A stretch of 64,000 bases of DNA from Acidobacteriota bacterium (GTDB taxonomy: Bacteria > Acidobacteriota > UBA6911 > RPQK01 > JAJDTT01). Positions 10,159-20,541 of the stretch are shown here, one piece after another (positions within the stretch are counted from its first letter, which is position 1; each line of letters starts with the position of its first letter). The notes beneath the pieces are model-generated. The model was not told the DNA's origin. It saw only the letters and a list, made by a program, of their open reading frames with translations, and made no database searches. The translations under genes and the position numbers were made by a program. Location: NCBI GenBank assembly GCA_965263035.1, contig OZ253580.1:4704001-4768000 (forward strand). Direction: 5' to 3'.

Positions 10159-11733
10159 ATGATCCAGACGTGGACCTGCTGTCTGATTCTCCTTACATTT
10201 CTCTTTCCGGGCGGCGAGCTCCGGGGGGAAGAGAAGATTCGCGTTCTTCTGCTCGACGGACAGAACAATCACAACTGGGTGGAGACCAGCGAGTCGCTGC
10301 GCGGCGCCCTGGAGCGCGCCGGTCTGTTCCAGGTTGTCACTGCCACCAGTCCGCCCAAGGAAGCCGAACCCGGCGCCTGGCGCCGCTGGTGGCCTGATTT
10401 CCGGGCATTCGACGTCGTCGTCAGCAACTACAACGGTCAGCCCTGGCCCAGAGCGGTGCAGGAGGCGTTGGAGGAGTACGTCCACTCCGGAGGGGGTCTG
10501 GCGATCGTCCACGCCGCCAACAACGCTTTTCCCGAATGGACCGAGTACAACCGGATGATCGGCCTGGGATGGCGGGACCGGGACTACGGCGACGCCATCG
10601 CCGTCGACGACGCCAGCGGCCGCCTCTTGCGCATCTTCCGAGGCACCGGCATCGGTGCCGGACATGGGCGGCGGCATTCCTACGTGGTCCGGATCCGGAA
10701 GCCGGAGCATCCCATCATGAAGGGGATTCCGGTCCGCTGGATGCACGCCACCGACGAGCTGTATCACGGCCAGCGGGGACCCGCCTTGGACATGACCGTT
10801 CTGGCGTCCGCTTATTCGGAGCCGAAGCAAGCCGGGTCGGGGCAGCATGAGCCCTTGGTCTGGGTGATTCCCTACGGTCGAGGTCGAGTCGTCACCAATC
10901 TGATGGGGCATCACTGGCCCGGTCAGGAGCACCGGAACTCACTGCACTGCGTCGGCTTCCAGACCATTTTCACCCGTAGCGTCGAGTGGTTGGCCAGGGA
11001 TCGGGTCACGCTTCCCGTGCCCGATCGTTTCCCCACCACGACCGAGGTGGTGATGGTCGATTTGACCCCGGCGCCGGGGCCGGAAGTGCCGTCCGGGCAC
11101 CGCCTACTCTACAATCAGACCATGGGTAAAAAGGAGGCGCTCCGGGACTTCGTCTTCTCCGACGCGGGGGCCTGGCGCTACTCCGACCGAAGCCAGGGGG
11201 AACCGGCGTTGGAGCATTTCCGGCAGAGCCGGTACGAGCCTCCGCACCGTTCCCCCTTGAACATCGCGCTGGTCGATCGCCAGCAATTCGGCAGTTTCGT
11301 CGTGGACCTGCGGGTCCGGCAGACGGGCCGGGAATACGGTCACCGGGATCTCTGTTTCTTCTTCGGTTTCCAGGACCCGGCGCACTTCTACTACGCGCAT
11401 ATCTCGTCCCAGACCGACGACCACGCCCACAACATCTTTCTGGTCAATGGCCAGGCGCGGGTGAAGATCTCCACGAAGACGACCTCCGGCCACGACTGGG
11501 GCGAGAGGGATTGGCACCAGGTCCGGATCCGGCGCGATCTGGAGAGCGGCTCCATACAGGTTTTCGTCAACGACATGTCCAAGCCCATCATGAGCGCCCA
11601 AGACAAGACGTTCGCTGAGGGTTGGATCGGCGTGGGCTCGTTCGACGACACCGGCAAGGTGTCCCGGATTCGCATTTGGTCGCCGGAACTCGTGCGGAAG
11701 AACATCGACTTCTTTTCCGGTCCCGGCGATTGA
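10159..11733 (+). CDS. Secreted ThuA-like domain protein fused to a concanavalin/DUF1080-like C-terminal domain
   Basis: Signal peptide; DGQNNHNW, GGGLAIVHAANNAF, DELY, YGRGRV; C-terminal WHQVRI...GWIGVGSFDD. Confidence 0.7.
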   Translation: MIQTWTCCLILLTFLFPGGELRGEEKIRVLLLDGQNNHNWVETSESLRGALERAGLFQVVTATSPPKEAEPGAWRRWWPDFRAFDVVVSNYNGQPWPRAVQEALEEYVHSGGGLAIVHAANNAFPEWTEYNRMIGLGWRDRDYGDAIAVDDASGRLLRIFRGTGIGAGHGRRHSYVVRIRKPEHPIMKGIPVRWMHATDELYHGQRGPALDMTVLASAYSEPKQAGSGQHEPLVWVIPYGRGRVVTNLMGHHWPGQEHRNSLHCVGFQTIFTRSVEWLARDRVTLPVPDRFPTTTEVVMVDLTPAPGPEVPSGHRLLYNQTMGKKEALRDFVFSDAGAWRYSDRSQGEPALEHFRQSRYEPPHRSPLNIALVDRQQFGSFVVDLRVRQTGREYGHRDLCFFFGFQDPAHFYYAHISSQTDDHAHNIFLVNGQARVKISTKTTSGHDWGERDWHQVRIRRDLESGSIQVFVNDMSKPIMSAQDKTFAEGWIGVGSFDDTGKVSRIRIWSPELVRKNIDFFSGPGD

Positions 11734-11781
11734 CCCGGAATCATCCTTTCCCGTTCCAACGGCCGGACGCGACGATTTCGG

Positions 11782-13695
11782 ATGGATGAAATGGTGGACA
11801 TGGGGAATCAGGAGAGCTTCATGGACTCTGTGCTGGACGACCTTCGAGCCCTTCGTCAGATGCTCGAGCAGGGCAGGATCGGGTCGGGTCCACCGCGGAT
11901 CGGCATCGAGCAGGAACTCTTCCTGGTGGACGACTCTTGGCAGCCGGCTCCGGTGGGTCCGCAGATTCTGGAAGACAACCGGAATCCCCGCGTCACCCCC
12001 GAGTTGGGGCGATTCAATCTGGAGATCAACTTCGACCCTCTGGAGTTCCGGGGCGGCTGTTTGGAAGAGTTGGAGCGCCAGCTCAACGAATCGATCGAGG
12101 AGCTGGCCGTACTGGCCCGCGCTCACGGGGCGCGGATCCTGCTCGCGGGCATCCTGCCCACCCTGACCCTGTCGCAGCTCACGACTCGGAACATGAGCCC
12201 GCAGCAGCGCTACCGCACGCTCTCGGAGGCGGTCACCAATCTGCGCGGCGAGACCCATACGCTCCGCATCCGGGGGATCGACGAACTGATGGTCAAGGTA
12301 AAAACCATCATGTTGGAGGCCTGCAACACCAGCTTCCAGGTGCACCTCCAAGTGCCTCCGGACCAGTTTCCCCAGTACTACAACATCGCCCAGTTGGCGA
12401 CGGCCCCGGTGCTGGCGGCCGCCGTCAACTCTCCCCTCCTGCTGAGCAAGAGACTGTGGAAGGAAACCCGAATCGCCCTCTTCCAACTCTCCGTCGACAC
12501 GCGGAGGCCCTCCGCCTATCCCCGGAGTTCAAGACCCCGCGTCGGATTCGGGGACCGCTGGGTTCGCGGCTCGGTGTTGGACATCTTCCGCGAGGACGTG
12601 ACCCGTTTCCGGGCTCTGATGAAGGTCGAGGGCACCGAGGACCCGTTCGAGGCGCTTTCCCGCAACCGGTTGCCCAGGCTCAAGGCGCTCAGCCTGTTCA
12701 ACGGCACCGTCTACCGTTGGAATCGTCCCTGCTACGGAGTTCACCAGGGCCGGGCCCATTTGCGAATCGAGAACCGGGTCCTTCCATCCGGTCCCTCGGT
12801 GCTGGATGAGGTGGCCAACGCCGCTTTCTTCTGCGGACTGGTCACCGGCTTGGCACAGGAGCACGGGGACGTCACCCCCCGGATCTCCTTCGCCGAGGTC
12901 AAGTCCAACTTCCTGTCGGCCGCCCGATCGGGTCTGAACGCGCAGTTGAACTGGCTGGACGGAGGATCCATGTCCGCTCCCGAACTGATTCGAGAGAGGC
13001 TCCTGCCCGTGGCCAGGGAGGGTCTCCGGCACCGCGGCATCCGCGGCGAGGACATCAAGCGGTATCTGGGCGTCATCGAGAAGCGGGTGGAGAACGGGCA
13101 GACGGGAGCGGATTGGCTGCTGCGATCGTATTCCCGGATGGGAGGCGATCGGCGCCGGGGAGAGATTCTGGTGGCTCTGACGGCGGCGACCTACCATCGC
13201 CAGACGCAAGGAAGGCCTGTCCATTCATGGCCGTTGGCCCAGGCGGACGAGGGCGGGGACTGGCGGGCCCACTACAAGCGGATCGAGCAGTACATGACCA
13301 CGGAGGTCTTCACCGTCCAGCCGGAGGACCCCATCGACCTGGCGGCCAGCATCATGGATTGGGAGCGGGTCCGGCACATTCCAGTGGAGGATGAACAGAA
13401 CCGCCTGGTCGGTCTGGTCTCCTATCGGGCCATCTTCAGTTTTTTCATCCGCCAGGGCGGCGCACAACGCAAGATGGAGCCGGTTCGCCGGATCATGAAG
13501 CCGGATCCCATCACCGTGACTCCGGAGACGTTGACGGTGGAAGCCATCGCCATCATGCGGCGCGAGAAAATCGGGTGCCTGCCGGTGGTTCAGGACGGTC
13601 GACTGGTGGGCATCGTCACCTACCGGGACTTCATGGAGATCGCAGGCAAGTTGCTGGAGCAGCAGTTGAGAGCGGGAGATCAAGGCCAGGATTGA
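11782..13695 (+). CDS. Glutamate-cysteine ligase (GCS2)-family protein with C-terminal CBS pair
   Basis: GIEQEL, ELGRFNLE, SFQVHLQ, HLRIENR; tandem CBS domains (MTTEVFTV...RHIPV; MKPDPITV...GCLPVV). Confidence 0.8.
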   Translation: MDEMVDMGNQESFMDSVLDDLRALRQMLEQGRIGSGPPRIGIEQELFLVDDSWQPAPVGPQILEDNRNPRVTPELGRFNLEINFDPLEFRGGCLEELERQLNESIEELAVLARAHGARILLAGILPTLTLSQLTTRNMSPQQRYRTLSEAVTNLRGETHTLRIRGIDELMVKVKTIMLEACNTSFQVHLQVPPDQFPQYYNIAQLATAPVLAAAVNSPLLLSKRLWKETRIALFQLSVDTRRPSAYPRSSRPRVGFGDRWVRGSVLDIFREDVTRFRALMKVEGTEDPFEALSRNRLPRLKALSLFNGTVYRWNRPCYGVHQGRAHLRIENRVLPSGPSVLDEVANAAFFCGLVTGLAQEHGDVTPRISFAEVKSNFLSAARSGLNAQLNWLDGGSMSAPELIRERLLPVAREGLRHRGIRGEDIKRYLGVIEKRVENGQTGADWLLRSYSRMGGDRRRGEILVALTAATYHRQTQGRPVHSWPLAQADEGGDWRAHYKRIEQYMTTEVFTVQPEDPIDLAASIMDWERVRHIPVEDEQNRLVGLVSYRAIFSFFIRQGGAQRKMEPVRRIMKPDPITVTPETLTVEAIAIMRREKIGCLPVVQDGRLVGIVTYRDFMEIAGKLLEQQLRAGDQGQD

Positions 13696-13748
13696 GAGGA
13701 ACCGAGGTCCGGATCGCCTCCTGCCAGTGGGATGGTCTCCTACCTGTC

Positions 13749-13915
13749 CTAGGAGTCTGCGCGGTAGAAATGATCGTAGCGAGAAAGTGGGGAATCGAGG
13801 CCAGATTTTCTCGATTTTGAGGTGCATAGTTGTTCTATTCGCCGAGAAATCGGGGAAATATGGACCGATTCTACCGCTTTCGCAGTAGATCAATTTCTGC
13901 GGCGCAGGCTCCTAG
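13749..13915. mobile_element. MITE copy 1 (167 bp including CTAG flanks)
   Basis: Imperfect TIRs GGAG(T/C)CTGCG...AGAAAT flanked by TA; near-identical copies at 34933 and 54011. Confidence 0.85.
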
Positions 13916-15203
13916 TTCCCAAACTACTCCGTCCGGTCCGGCGCCCGTAACCATGGTGCAGGATGGCGGCGGCCGCGAGCCCCACGGTCGCCAGGCCCGA
14001 GAGCAGGAGGAAGTAGTGCTGATGCCCGCCGATGCCGGGTGTCGCGTCCAAAAGCCGACCGGCGATCATGTTGTAGAAGATGTCCGGCGTATAGCCCACC
14101 AGGGAGATCACGCCGACGGCGGTCCCGGTCAGCGTATGCGGAACATGAGTCTGCTCCAAGAGGGCGAAGTAGAGGCCACGTAGCGCGTACACACCGAAAA
14201 TCGTAACGATCAGGTTCGCGTACAGGATCACCACGAGTTCCGGACTCGTTCCCAGGAAAGCGAGTACGGCCCAGCTGGCGGCAAGGGACGTGAACAGCAC
14301 CGTGGTCGTCCAGGCGATCCCGAATCGGTCTCCCACGAATCCGGCGAGTATGGCGCCGCCGGGACGGAGGTAGCCCGTCGTGGCAGCGAAACCGGCGGCA
14401 TCGGTTTCGTTCATCCCCAGCACTTCGTAGTAGTAGAGGGAATAGTTGTCGAGCCCCTTGTAGCCGCAGTAGGCGCAGATCACGATGACGGCCTGCAGCC
14501 ATACCGCACGGATGCCAAGAACCTTCCTGACCTTCGACCAGGTCTGCCGCCGACGTTTTCGCGTGACGGCGGGCGTCTCCGGGATGAGCCACCACACCGC
14601 GGCGGCCGCCGCCAAGGTGGCGACGGTGTAAAAGAGGATGACCGTCTGCAGGGCGGCCGCGCGTTCGGCCGGGTCGGCGAGCGTCGGATCGGCTCCGATT
14701 CGGAGGCTGAACAGAATGACGCCGACGCTCGCGAACAGTGCCGCGATCAGACCGCGGCCACCGTCCAGGAGGCCGAATCCCCGGCCTTGAGAGAGTTGTC
14801 CCCCCCACTCCCGGGTCGCGCGGATCAGGGCGCACCAGAAAAGAAGAACACTCGTCACCCCCCAGAAGGCGTAGAGGACAGACATGCCCAGAATGCCGGG
14901 CAGGGTCATGAGATAGAGACCGCCCGCGGCCGTGACCACAAGCGAAATGCTCATCAGCTTACGGGCCGAGAAGCGGTCGGCGAGGATCCCACCCGGGAAA
15001 TAACAGAGCATCGCGGTAATGCCGTAGGGCGCGAAGATGTCACCCAGGTCGGAATTGGAAAAGTCGAAGACTTCGAGCACGGTCGGGCGGAAGAAGCGCA
15101 GCACGTTAAACGGCAGGCTGTACATCATCTCCCCGGCGAACACCAGGACGAACATGGTGAGAATACGCGAGCGCGTTTCAATCGAAATGGGATTTCGCAT
15201 CAC
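13890..15203 (-). CDS. MFS transporter
   Basis: About 12 hydrophobic segments; motif A-like GILADRFSARK; stop codon lies inside the MITE. Confidence 0.85.
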   Translation of the reverse strand: MMRNPISIETRSRILTMFVLVFAGEMMYSLPFNVLRFFRPTVLEVFDFSNSDLGDIFAPYGITAMLCYFPGGILADRFSARKLMSISLVVTAAGGLYLMTLPGILGMSVLYAFWGVTSVLLFWCALIRATREWGGQLSQGRGFGLLDGGRGLIAALFASVGVILFSLRIGADPTLADPAERAAALQTVILFYTVATLAAAAAVWWLIPETPAVTRKRRRQTWSKVRKVLGIRAVWLQAVIVICAYCGYKGLDNYSLYYYEVLGMNETDAAGFAATTGYLRPGGAILAGFVGDRFGIAWTTTVLFTSLAASWAVLAFLGTSPELVVILYANLIVTIFGVYALRGLYFALLEQTHVPHTLTGTAVGVISLVGYTPDIFYNMIAGRLLDATPGIGGHQHYFLLLSGLATVGLAAAAILHHGYGRRTGRSSLGTRSLRRRN

Positions 15204-15236
15204 ACCGGCATCCGGACGGGACGCGGCTCCGCGGAA

Positions 15237-17990
15237 TTACCTGAAGGAGAAGCTGTAGAGCTGGGCGTGACCCTCCAAACGGAATCGCAGACGGAGCGGC
15301 TCCCCGCCGTTGGGAAGACTGAGCTGTCTTTCCCCGTAGGGCCAAGAGACCGGGACCGCGAGGCCGTCTCCGGTCACGGCATTGCTCCGAGCCGCGGTCC
15401 GGTCCCCCTGCAACAGCTCCACGAGAATCCGGCCTCGGCCTCGATCGAGTCCGGTTGCATTCAGTTCCAATTCCAGGGGCGCACCCGCCGGTTTCAGCGG
15501 GATGGTGGTCCAGGAGCCGGATTCGGACCCTTCCGCCACCTCCAGGCTGACGAAGCCGTCTCTCCGGATGGTGGCCAGACCGGTGTACATGGGAGTGATG
15601 ATCCAATCGTGGAACCACCCGATGGTGGTGGCGCTGCCGGAATAGTAGAACCAGAGTTCGCCCTCGACTTCCAAGGGAACGTTCACGGGAGAGACCCAGC
15701 CGGCGTCCCATTCGCCGTTCCGTCCCAACTCGATCACGGGCCGGCCGTCGAAGACATGGACGAAATTGACTCCGTCCCGGCTGACGATCAACTGTTGGGG
15801 CATCCGGTGATCGGGTCCCCAGATGTCGAACATGCCCGGATACATGCCGGCGTCCGGCCAGACCGAGGTCAGATGCTGCTCCGCCTCCAGGCCGGCCCGG
15901 GGGACCAGGTTGGGGTTCCTGGGATCGCTGGTCCACTCCAGAAGGTCGGGGCTCCAGTAGACGCAGGTCATTCGGACCCAGCGGTAAGTCTCCTTCGCGC
16001 AGTGGGAGAAGACCTTCCAGCGCCGCTCCGGTTTCGGCTCCAGGAAGTCGTAGAAAAGGTTCCGCCGGTCGCCGAACGACATCTGGACGCGGCCACCCCG
16101 GGTCCAGTGAATGCCGTCGGGAGAATAGAGGAGTGGATTGCCCCGTGTGGCCACGATCGCCTTGTAGCGCCGGTTGGGATCCGGCTCCCGTTCGTCCTTG
16201 ACCACCATGGGCATGTAGGCGCTCCCTCCATCGCCGCTCATGTCCATGATGTTGTTGGCCTTGGACCCCTTGTATTCCACCTGGTTCAGATTGGGCTTGA
16301 CCCAGTTCACCCCGTCCCGGCTCTCCGCGTAGCCCACGTAATGGGGAGAGCGCTGGTTCGTCGCGTAGTCCTGGGAGAGGCCCGAGTACCACATCCGGAA
16401 ACGCCCCTCGTCGTAGAGAATCTCGCCGTAGGCGTGAGCGCGGAGACCGTCGAAGCTGCCCAGGGGACCGGTTCTCAGCACCGGGTTGGCCGGATGCTTC
16501 TTCATGGGATGGAAGCTCTCGACCAGTCCGTCGGTCGCGCTCACCTCCAGCATGTCCAGGAAGAGCACCTTGCGGCCCGCCTCCACCTTCAGGTCCGGGA
16601 CCGCCATCCGGTCGAAAAAGACCCCGCCGCCGGTTGAGTCGGTGGCGGCCACGGTCATTCCCAAGCTCCCGGAGCCCGGCGACATCTGCTTCTGGACCGT
16701 GTGGAAGTCGCTCAGGGCGGGTCCCGCCGACAGTTCGTTGGGAAGAATGTTCGTGGCCTCTTTGTGAAGCAGAGGGTCGCCGGCCAGAGTGCGGCTCTCG
16801 TAGGGAGCGCTGAACCCGTTTCCCAGCCAGCGCGAGTAGAAGGTATGGCCGCGGGTCGAATTGGACCAGAAGACCCAGGCGACGCCGTGTTCGTCGCGGG
16901 CCAGTTGGGGACGGTGGAACTTGTCCCGGCCGTAGTGCAGCGGTTTTCGGGTCCAGTTCCGGCCGTCGAAATAGGCGTAGAGAATGACGTGCTCCGATTT
17001 CTCGAAGACCACCAGCGCCCGTTCGCCCCAGCCGACCACGCTGTAGTTGACGAAGCCGGTTCCACTCCAGGGGCCGTGAGGCAGGATCCGGGTCAGGTCC
17101 TCGTCCCCGGCGAAGGATTTGGCCAAGTCAGGGATCTGGAGATAGTAGAGGAGCCAGGAATCGTCCCGGCTGAAGACCAGGTGGAGAGTGCCGCTGGGGT
17201 CCAGATCCATCACCGGTGCTCGAAAGGCTCCCGGAAGGGTCAGGACCTTGCGGGTCCAGCCCCGGTCCGACGGGGTGGCCATCCAGATCTCGTCCGACTC
17301 CTGGCGTCCATTGTGGCGGTTGTACACGACTCCGCCGTCCTGGAGGCGCGAGTGGCCTTCAGCCGTGGACGATGCCTGACTGTAGGCAATCCAGAGCCGG
17401 CCCGCTCCATCGACGGCCAGATCCCCCATTCGAGGGTCCTTCGCCGAGTCGTCGACTCGTTGGGCCGGCGCCCAGTTGCCGGCATCGCGGATCCTGGCGG
17501 CCGCCTCCGCTCCGGCCACCTCGCACCGGCTGTACCAGATGGCGTCGGGATCGGAGCTTTGCCAGATCAGGTGCAGCACGTCGTCGCCGTCGAGGACGAA
17601 GCTGACCGCACTGGCGTCGTTTTCGGCCCCTGCGATGCGATTCTCGGTGGACCCTCCGGCGAGGAGCACGGGCGGGTGAAAGTCGCCGGCGAACTCAGGA
17701 TCGCCGCTCTTGGAGACGGCCAGAAAGGCGGTCCTGCCGCCCGAGGACTTGCCGTCGTAGGCGACGAACCAGAGCCCGTCCTGGTTCCTTCCGATCTGCC
17801 GCCCGTTGGAGTGGGGGAAGGGAACGACACCACCGCCGCTACCGACTTTCAGGGTCACGACCGCCGGCAGGGACTCCGCCAGCAGGAGGACCGTAAACGC
17901 TGAGGCGAAAAGCCGGCTCAGGAGAGGCAGGCTTCCCGTTTCGCGTCTCCCAAGCCCAGTCGTAAGAAGATGGGAATCGGTAAGCACCAT
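15237..17990 (-). CDS. Secreted two-domain protein; C-terminal half resembles a 5-bladed beta-propeller glycosidase plus beta-sandwich
   Basis: KHPANPVL, FRMWY, YAESRDGVNWVKPNL, SPDGIHW, GLATIRRDGFVSL, terminal LYSFSFR; paralogous to 27397-29046. Confidence 0.6.
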   Translation of the reverse strand: MVLTDSHLLTTGLGRRETGSLPLLSRLFASAFTVLLLAESLPAVVTLKVGSGGGVVPFPHSNGRQIGRNQDGLWFVAYDGKSSGGRTAFLAVSKSGDPEFAGDFHPPVLLAGGSTENRIAGAENDASAVSFVLDGDDVLHLIWQSSDPDAIWYSRCEVAGAEAAARIRDAGNWAPAQRVDDSAKDPRMGDLAVDGAGRLWIAYSQASSTAEGHSRLQDGGVVYNRHNGRQESDEIWMATPSDRGWTRKVLTLPGAFRAPVMDLDPSGTLHLVFSRDDSWLLYYLQIPDLAKSFAGDEDLTRILPHGPWSGTGFVNYSVVGWGERALVVFEKSEHVILYAYFDGRNWTRKPLHYGRDKFHRPQLARDEHGVAWVFWSNSTRGHTFYSRWLGNGFSAPYESRTLAGDPLLHKEATNILPNELSAGPALSDFHTVQKQMSPGSGSLGMTVAATDSTGGGVFFDRMAVPDLKVEAGRKVLFLDMLEVSATDGLVESFHPMKKHPANPVLRTGPLGSFDGLRAHAYGEILYDEGRFRMWYSGLSQDYATNQRSPHYVGYAESRDGVNWVKPNLNQVEYKGSKANNIMDMSGDGGSAYMPMVVKDEREPDPNRRYKAIVATRGNPLLYSPDGIHWTRGGRVQMSFGDRRNLFYDFLEPKPERRWKVFSHCAKETYRWVRMTCVYWSPDLLEWTSDPRNPNLVPRAGLEAEQHLTSVWPDAGMYPGMFDIWGPDHRMPQQLIVSRDGVNFVHVFDGRPVIELGRNGEWDAGWVSPVNVPLEVEGELWFYYSGSATTIGWFHDWIITPMYTGLATIRRDGFVSLEVAEGSESGSWTTIPLKPAGAPLELELNATGLDRGRGRILVELLQGDRTAARSNAVTGDGLAVPVSWPYGERQLSLPNGGEPLRLRFRLEGHAQLYSFSFR

Positions 17991-18183
17991 CTTTCAGCTC
18001 TCCTGAGTTGTTGTGATTTGCCGTCCCGCGCCGGAAGGATCGTACCAGAGTCCGTTCGGGGAGGGGATTCGGCCGACGTCATCCCCGGTGAATGAAGGAG
18101 ATGCCGTCCCGTTCCGTCCGCTGCGGCTCGGCCGCCGGCTTTTCCTGGGTCCGGGACTTGGGTTATATTTCCAGGAGATTCCC

Positions 18184-20541
18184 ATGAGTCGCCCTCTACT
18201 TTCTCTTTTCCTGTCGTTGGTTCTCGTCCTCCAGGGAGTCGCACCGCTGGAGGCGGCGACACGGGCCAAAGCCGGAGACGACCATGCCTTTCAGGACTCT
18301 GTCCTGCCTTTCCTGAACCGGAACTGCGTCAGTTGCCATAACCGCCAACTGAAGACGGGGGGACTGGAGTTGGACGCCTTTTCCGAGTCTGGTCCCGGTC
18401 CGGGAGAGCTGGCCCTTTGGAAGCAGGTTCAAGAGAAGCTGGTCCGTGGAGAGATGCCGCCTCCCGGCCAAACTCGGCCCGAGCCCAAGGCCATCGAGGC
18501 GGTGCTGGCCTGGATCCGGAATCTGGCCGGGGCCTCAGTCGAAACGGCAGGTGCGAGCCGGCCCGACCCGGGTCGCGTCACGGCCCGCCGCCTGAACCGG
18601 GCGGAATACAACAACACCATCCGTGATCTGTTGGGTATCGATCTGAAACCCGCGGCCGACTTTCCGGCGGACGACTCGGGTTACGGTTTCGACAACATCG
18701 GAGACGTGCTCTCGTTGCCCCCGATCCTGATGGAGAAATACATGGCGGCGGCGGAGCGGATCGCCAATGCGGCCATCGTCGCCCGGCCTCCGGTGGAGGC
18801 GACCCTGGTGAAGTACCTGGCGACCCGAGAGGCGGAACACGAGGGGTTCTTTCCTGCCGGGGACTACCGGGTCGATCACGAATTCCCGACCGCGGGCGAG
18901 TACGAGCTCCGGATCCGGGTCGTGGATCGCCGGTACCGGCCCAAGAAGGATGAACCGCCTCCGCCCATGCCGGCCAACGGCATCATGGCCATTTCCTTCG
19001 ACGGGAACCGGATGAAGACCTTCGAGGTGGAACCGAACGTCTACGAGCGGGGGACCTTCGACGTCACCCTGGACGCCGACGGGCGAAAGCTGGAACTGTA
19101 TGCCCACTTCCTCTCCGACGGCATGGAGAACATCCCGCAGGTCGAGGATCCCAAGAGTTCGTACAAGGGAGAGCGGAAACTGTTCGTGGACAATTTCCTG
19201 CTCCTGGGCCCGTTGAAGGCACGGCCCCTTCCCGTGACCGAAAGCCACCGCAGGCTCATGATCTGCGGCGACCCCGCCGGCGATTACCAGCCCGATTGCG
19301 CCCGCCGGATTCTGAACCGGTTGTTGCGCCGGGCGTATCGGCGCCCGGTTTGGGAAAGGGAAGTCGAATCGGTCCTGCGGCTGGTGGAGATGGCCTGCAA
19401 GGAGGGGGATTCCTTCGCCCAGGCGATGCGGGTGGCAGTTCAAGCAGTCCTGGTCTCCCCCCACTTCCTGTTTCGGATCGAGCGGGACCCCGATCCCACC
19501 GACCCTCACCTGGTCCACGAGATCGACTCCCACGAATTGGCGGCCCGGCTTTCCTATTTCCTTTGGAGCAGCATGCCCGACGACGAGCTGTTTGGTTTGG
19601 CCGAGAGCTCGGACCTGACCGATCCCGCGGTACTGGAGGCGCAGGCTCGGCGCATGCTGGCCGATCCCAAGGCGCGGGCCCTGGCCGAAAATTTCGCGGG
19701 ACAATGGCTCGAGCTCCGAAACCTGGAGGAGATCCGCCCCGATCCGGACCTTTTCCCCGATTTCGACGCCCGGCTCCGCGCTTCCATGAGGCGGGAGACG
19801 GAGCTCTTCTTCGAAACGGTCCTGAGCGAGAACCTGAGCATTCTGGACTTCCTGGACGCCAAGTTCAGCTTTATGAACCAGCGCCTGGCGCGTCATTACG
19901 GGATCGAGGGCATCGAGGGCGACCACTTCCAGCGGGTCGAGCTCGACGGACTCCAGCGTTCCGGCATCCTGACCCAGGCGAGCATTCTCACCCTCTCTTC
20001 CTACCCCACCCGGACCTCGCCGGTGCTCCGCGGGAAGTGGCTGCTGGAGAACATTCTCGGGACACCGCCGCCGGATCCTCCTCCCGGGATTCCCGAGCTG
20101 GAAGAAGGGAAGGTGGGGTTCGAGGCGACGTTGCGGGAACAGTTGGAACAGCACCGCTCCGACCCGGGCTGTGCCTCCTGCCACATCAAGATGGACGCTC
20201 TGGGTTTCGGACTGGAGAACTACGACCCGGTGGGCGCCTGGCGAACCCGCCAAGGAAAATTCCCCATCGACTCCGCCGGGACCCTCCCGGGGGGGCGATC
20301 CTTCACCAACCCGGCCGAGTTGCGGGCCATCCTGGTGCAGGACCGGAAGGACTTCGCTCGCTGCCTGACTGACAAGATGCTAACCTATGCCCTAGGACGG
20401 GGATTGGAAGACTACGACAAGCCCGCCGTCGACAAGATCCTCCTGGGATTGGAGCAGGACTACTACCGTTTGTCCCGCTTGGTGTTGGAGATCGCCAACA
20501 GCATGCCGTTTCGGATGAGGCGGGGGGAGGAAGAGAGATGA
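18184..20541 (+). CDS. DUF1587/1595/1592/1588/1585 protein with Planctomycete cytochrome c domain
   Basis: CVSCH, RRLNRAEYNNTIRDLLG, ELAARLSYFLWSSMPD, TSPVLRGKW, CASCH; AGGAG RBS before ATG 18184. Confidence 0.85.
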   Translation: MSRPLLSLFLSLVLVLQGVAPLEAATRAKAGDDHAFQDSVLPFLNRNCVSCHNRQLKTGGLELDAFSESGPGPGELALWKQVQEKLVRGEMPPPGQTRPEPKAIEAVLAWIRNLAGASVETAGASRPDPGRVTARRLNRAEYNNTIRDLLGIDLKPAADFPADDSGYGFDNIGDVLSLPPILMEKYMAAAERIANAAIVARPPVEATLVKYLATREAEHEGFFPAGDYRVDHEFPTAGEYELRIRVVDRRYRPKKDEPPPPMPANGIMAISFDGNRMKTFEVEPNVYERGTFDVTLDADGRKLELYAHFLSDGMENIPQVEDPKSSYKGERKLFVDNFLLLGPLKARPLPVTESHRRLMICGDPAGDYQPDCARRILNRLLRRAYRRPVWEREVESVLRLVEMACKEGDSFAQAMRVAVQAVLVSPHFLFRIERDPDPTDPHLVHEIDSHELAARLSYFLWSSMPDDELFGLAESSDLTDPAVLEAQARRMLADPKARALAENFAGQWLELRNLEEIRPDPDLFPDFDARLRASMRRETELFFETVLSENLSILDFLDAKFSFMNQRLARHYGIEGIEGDHFQRVELDGLQRSGILTQASILTLSSYPTRTSPVLRGKWLLENILGTPPPDPPPGIPELEEGKVGFEATLREQLEQHRSDPGCASCHIKMDALGFGLENYDPVGAWRTRQGKFPIDSAGTLPGGRSFTNPAELRAILVQDRKDFARCLTDKMLTYALGRGLEDYDKPAVDKILLGLEQDYYRLSRLVLEIANSMPFRMRRGEEER

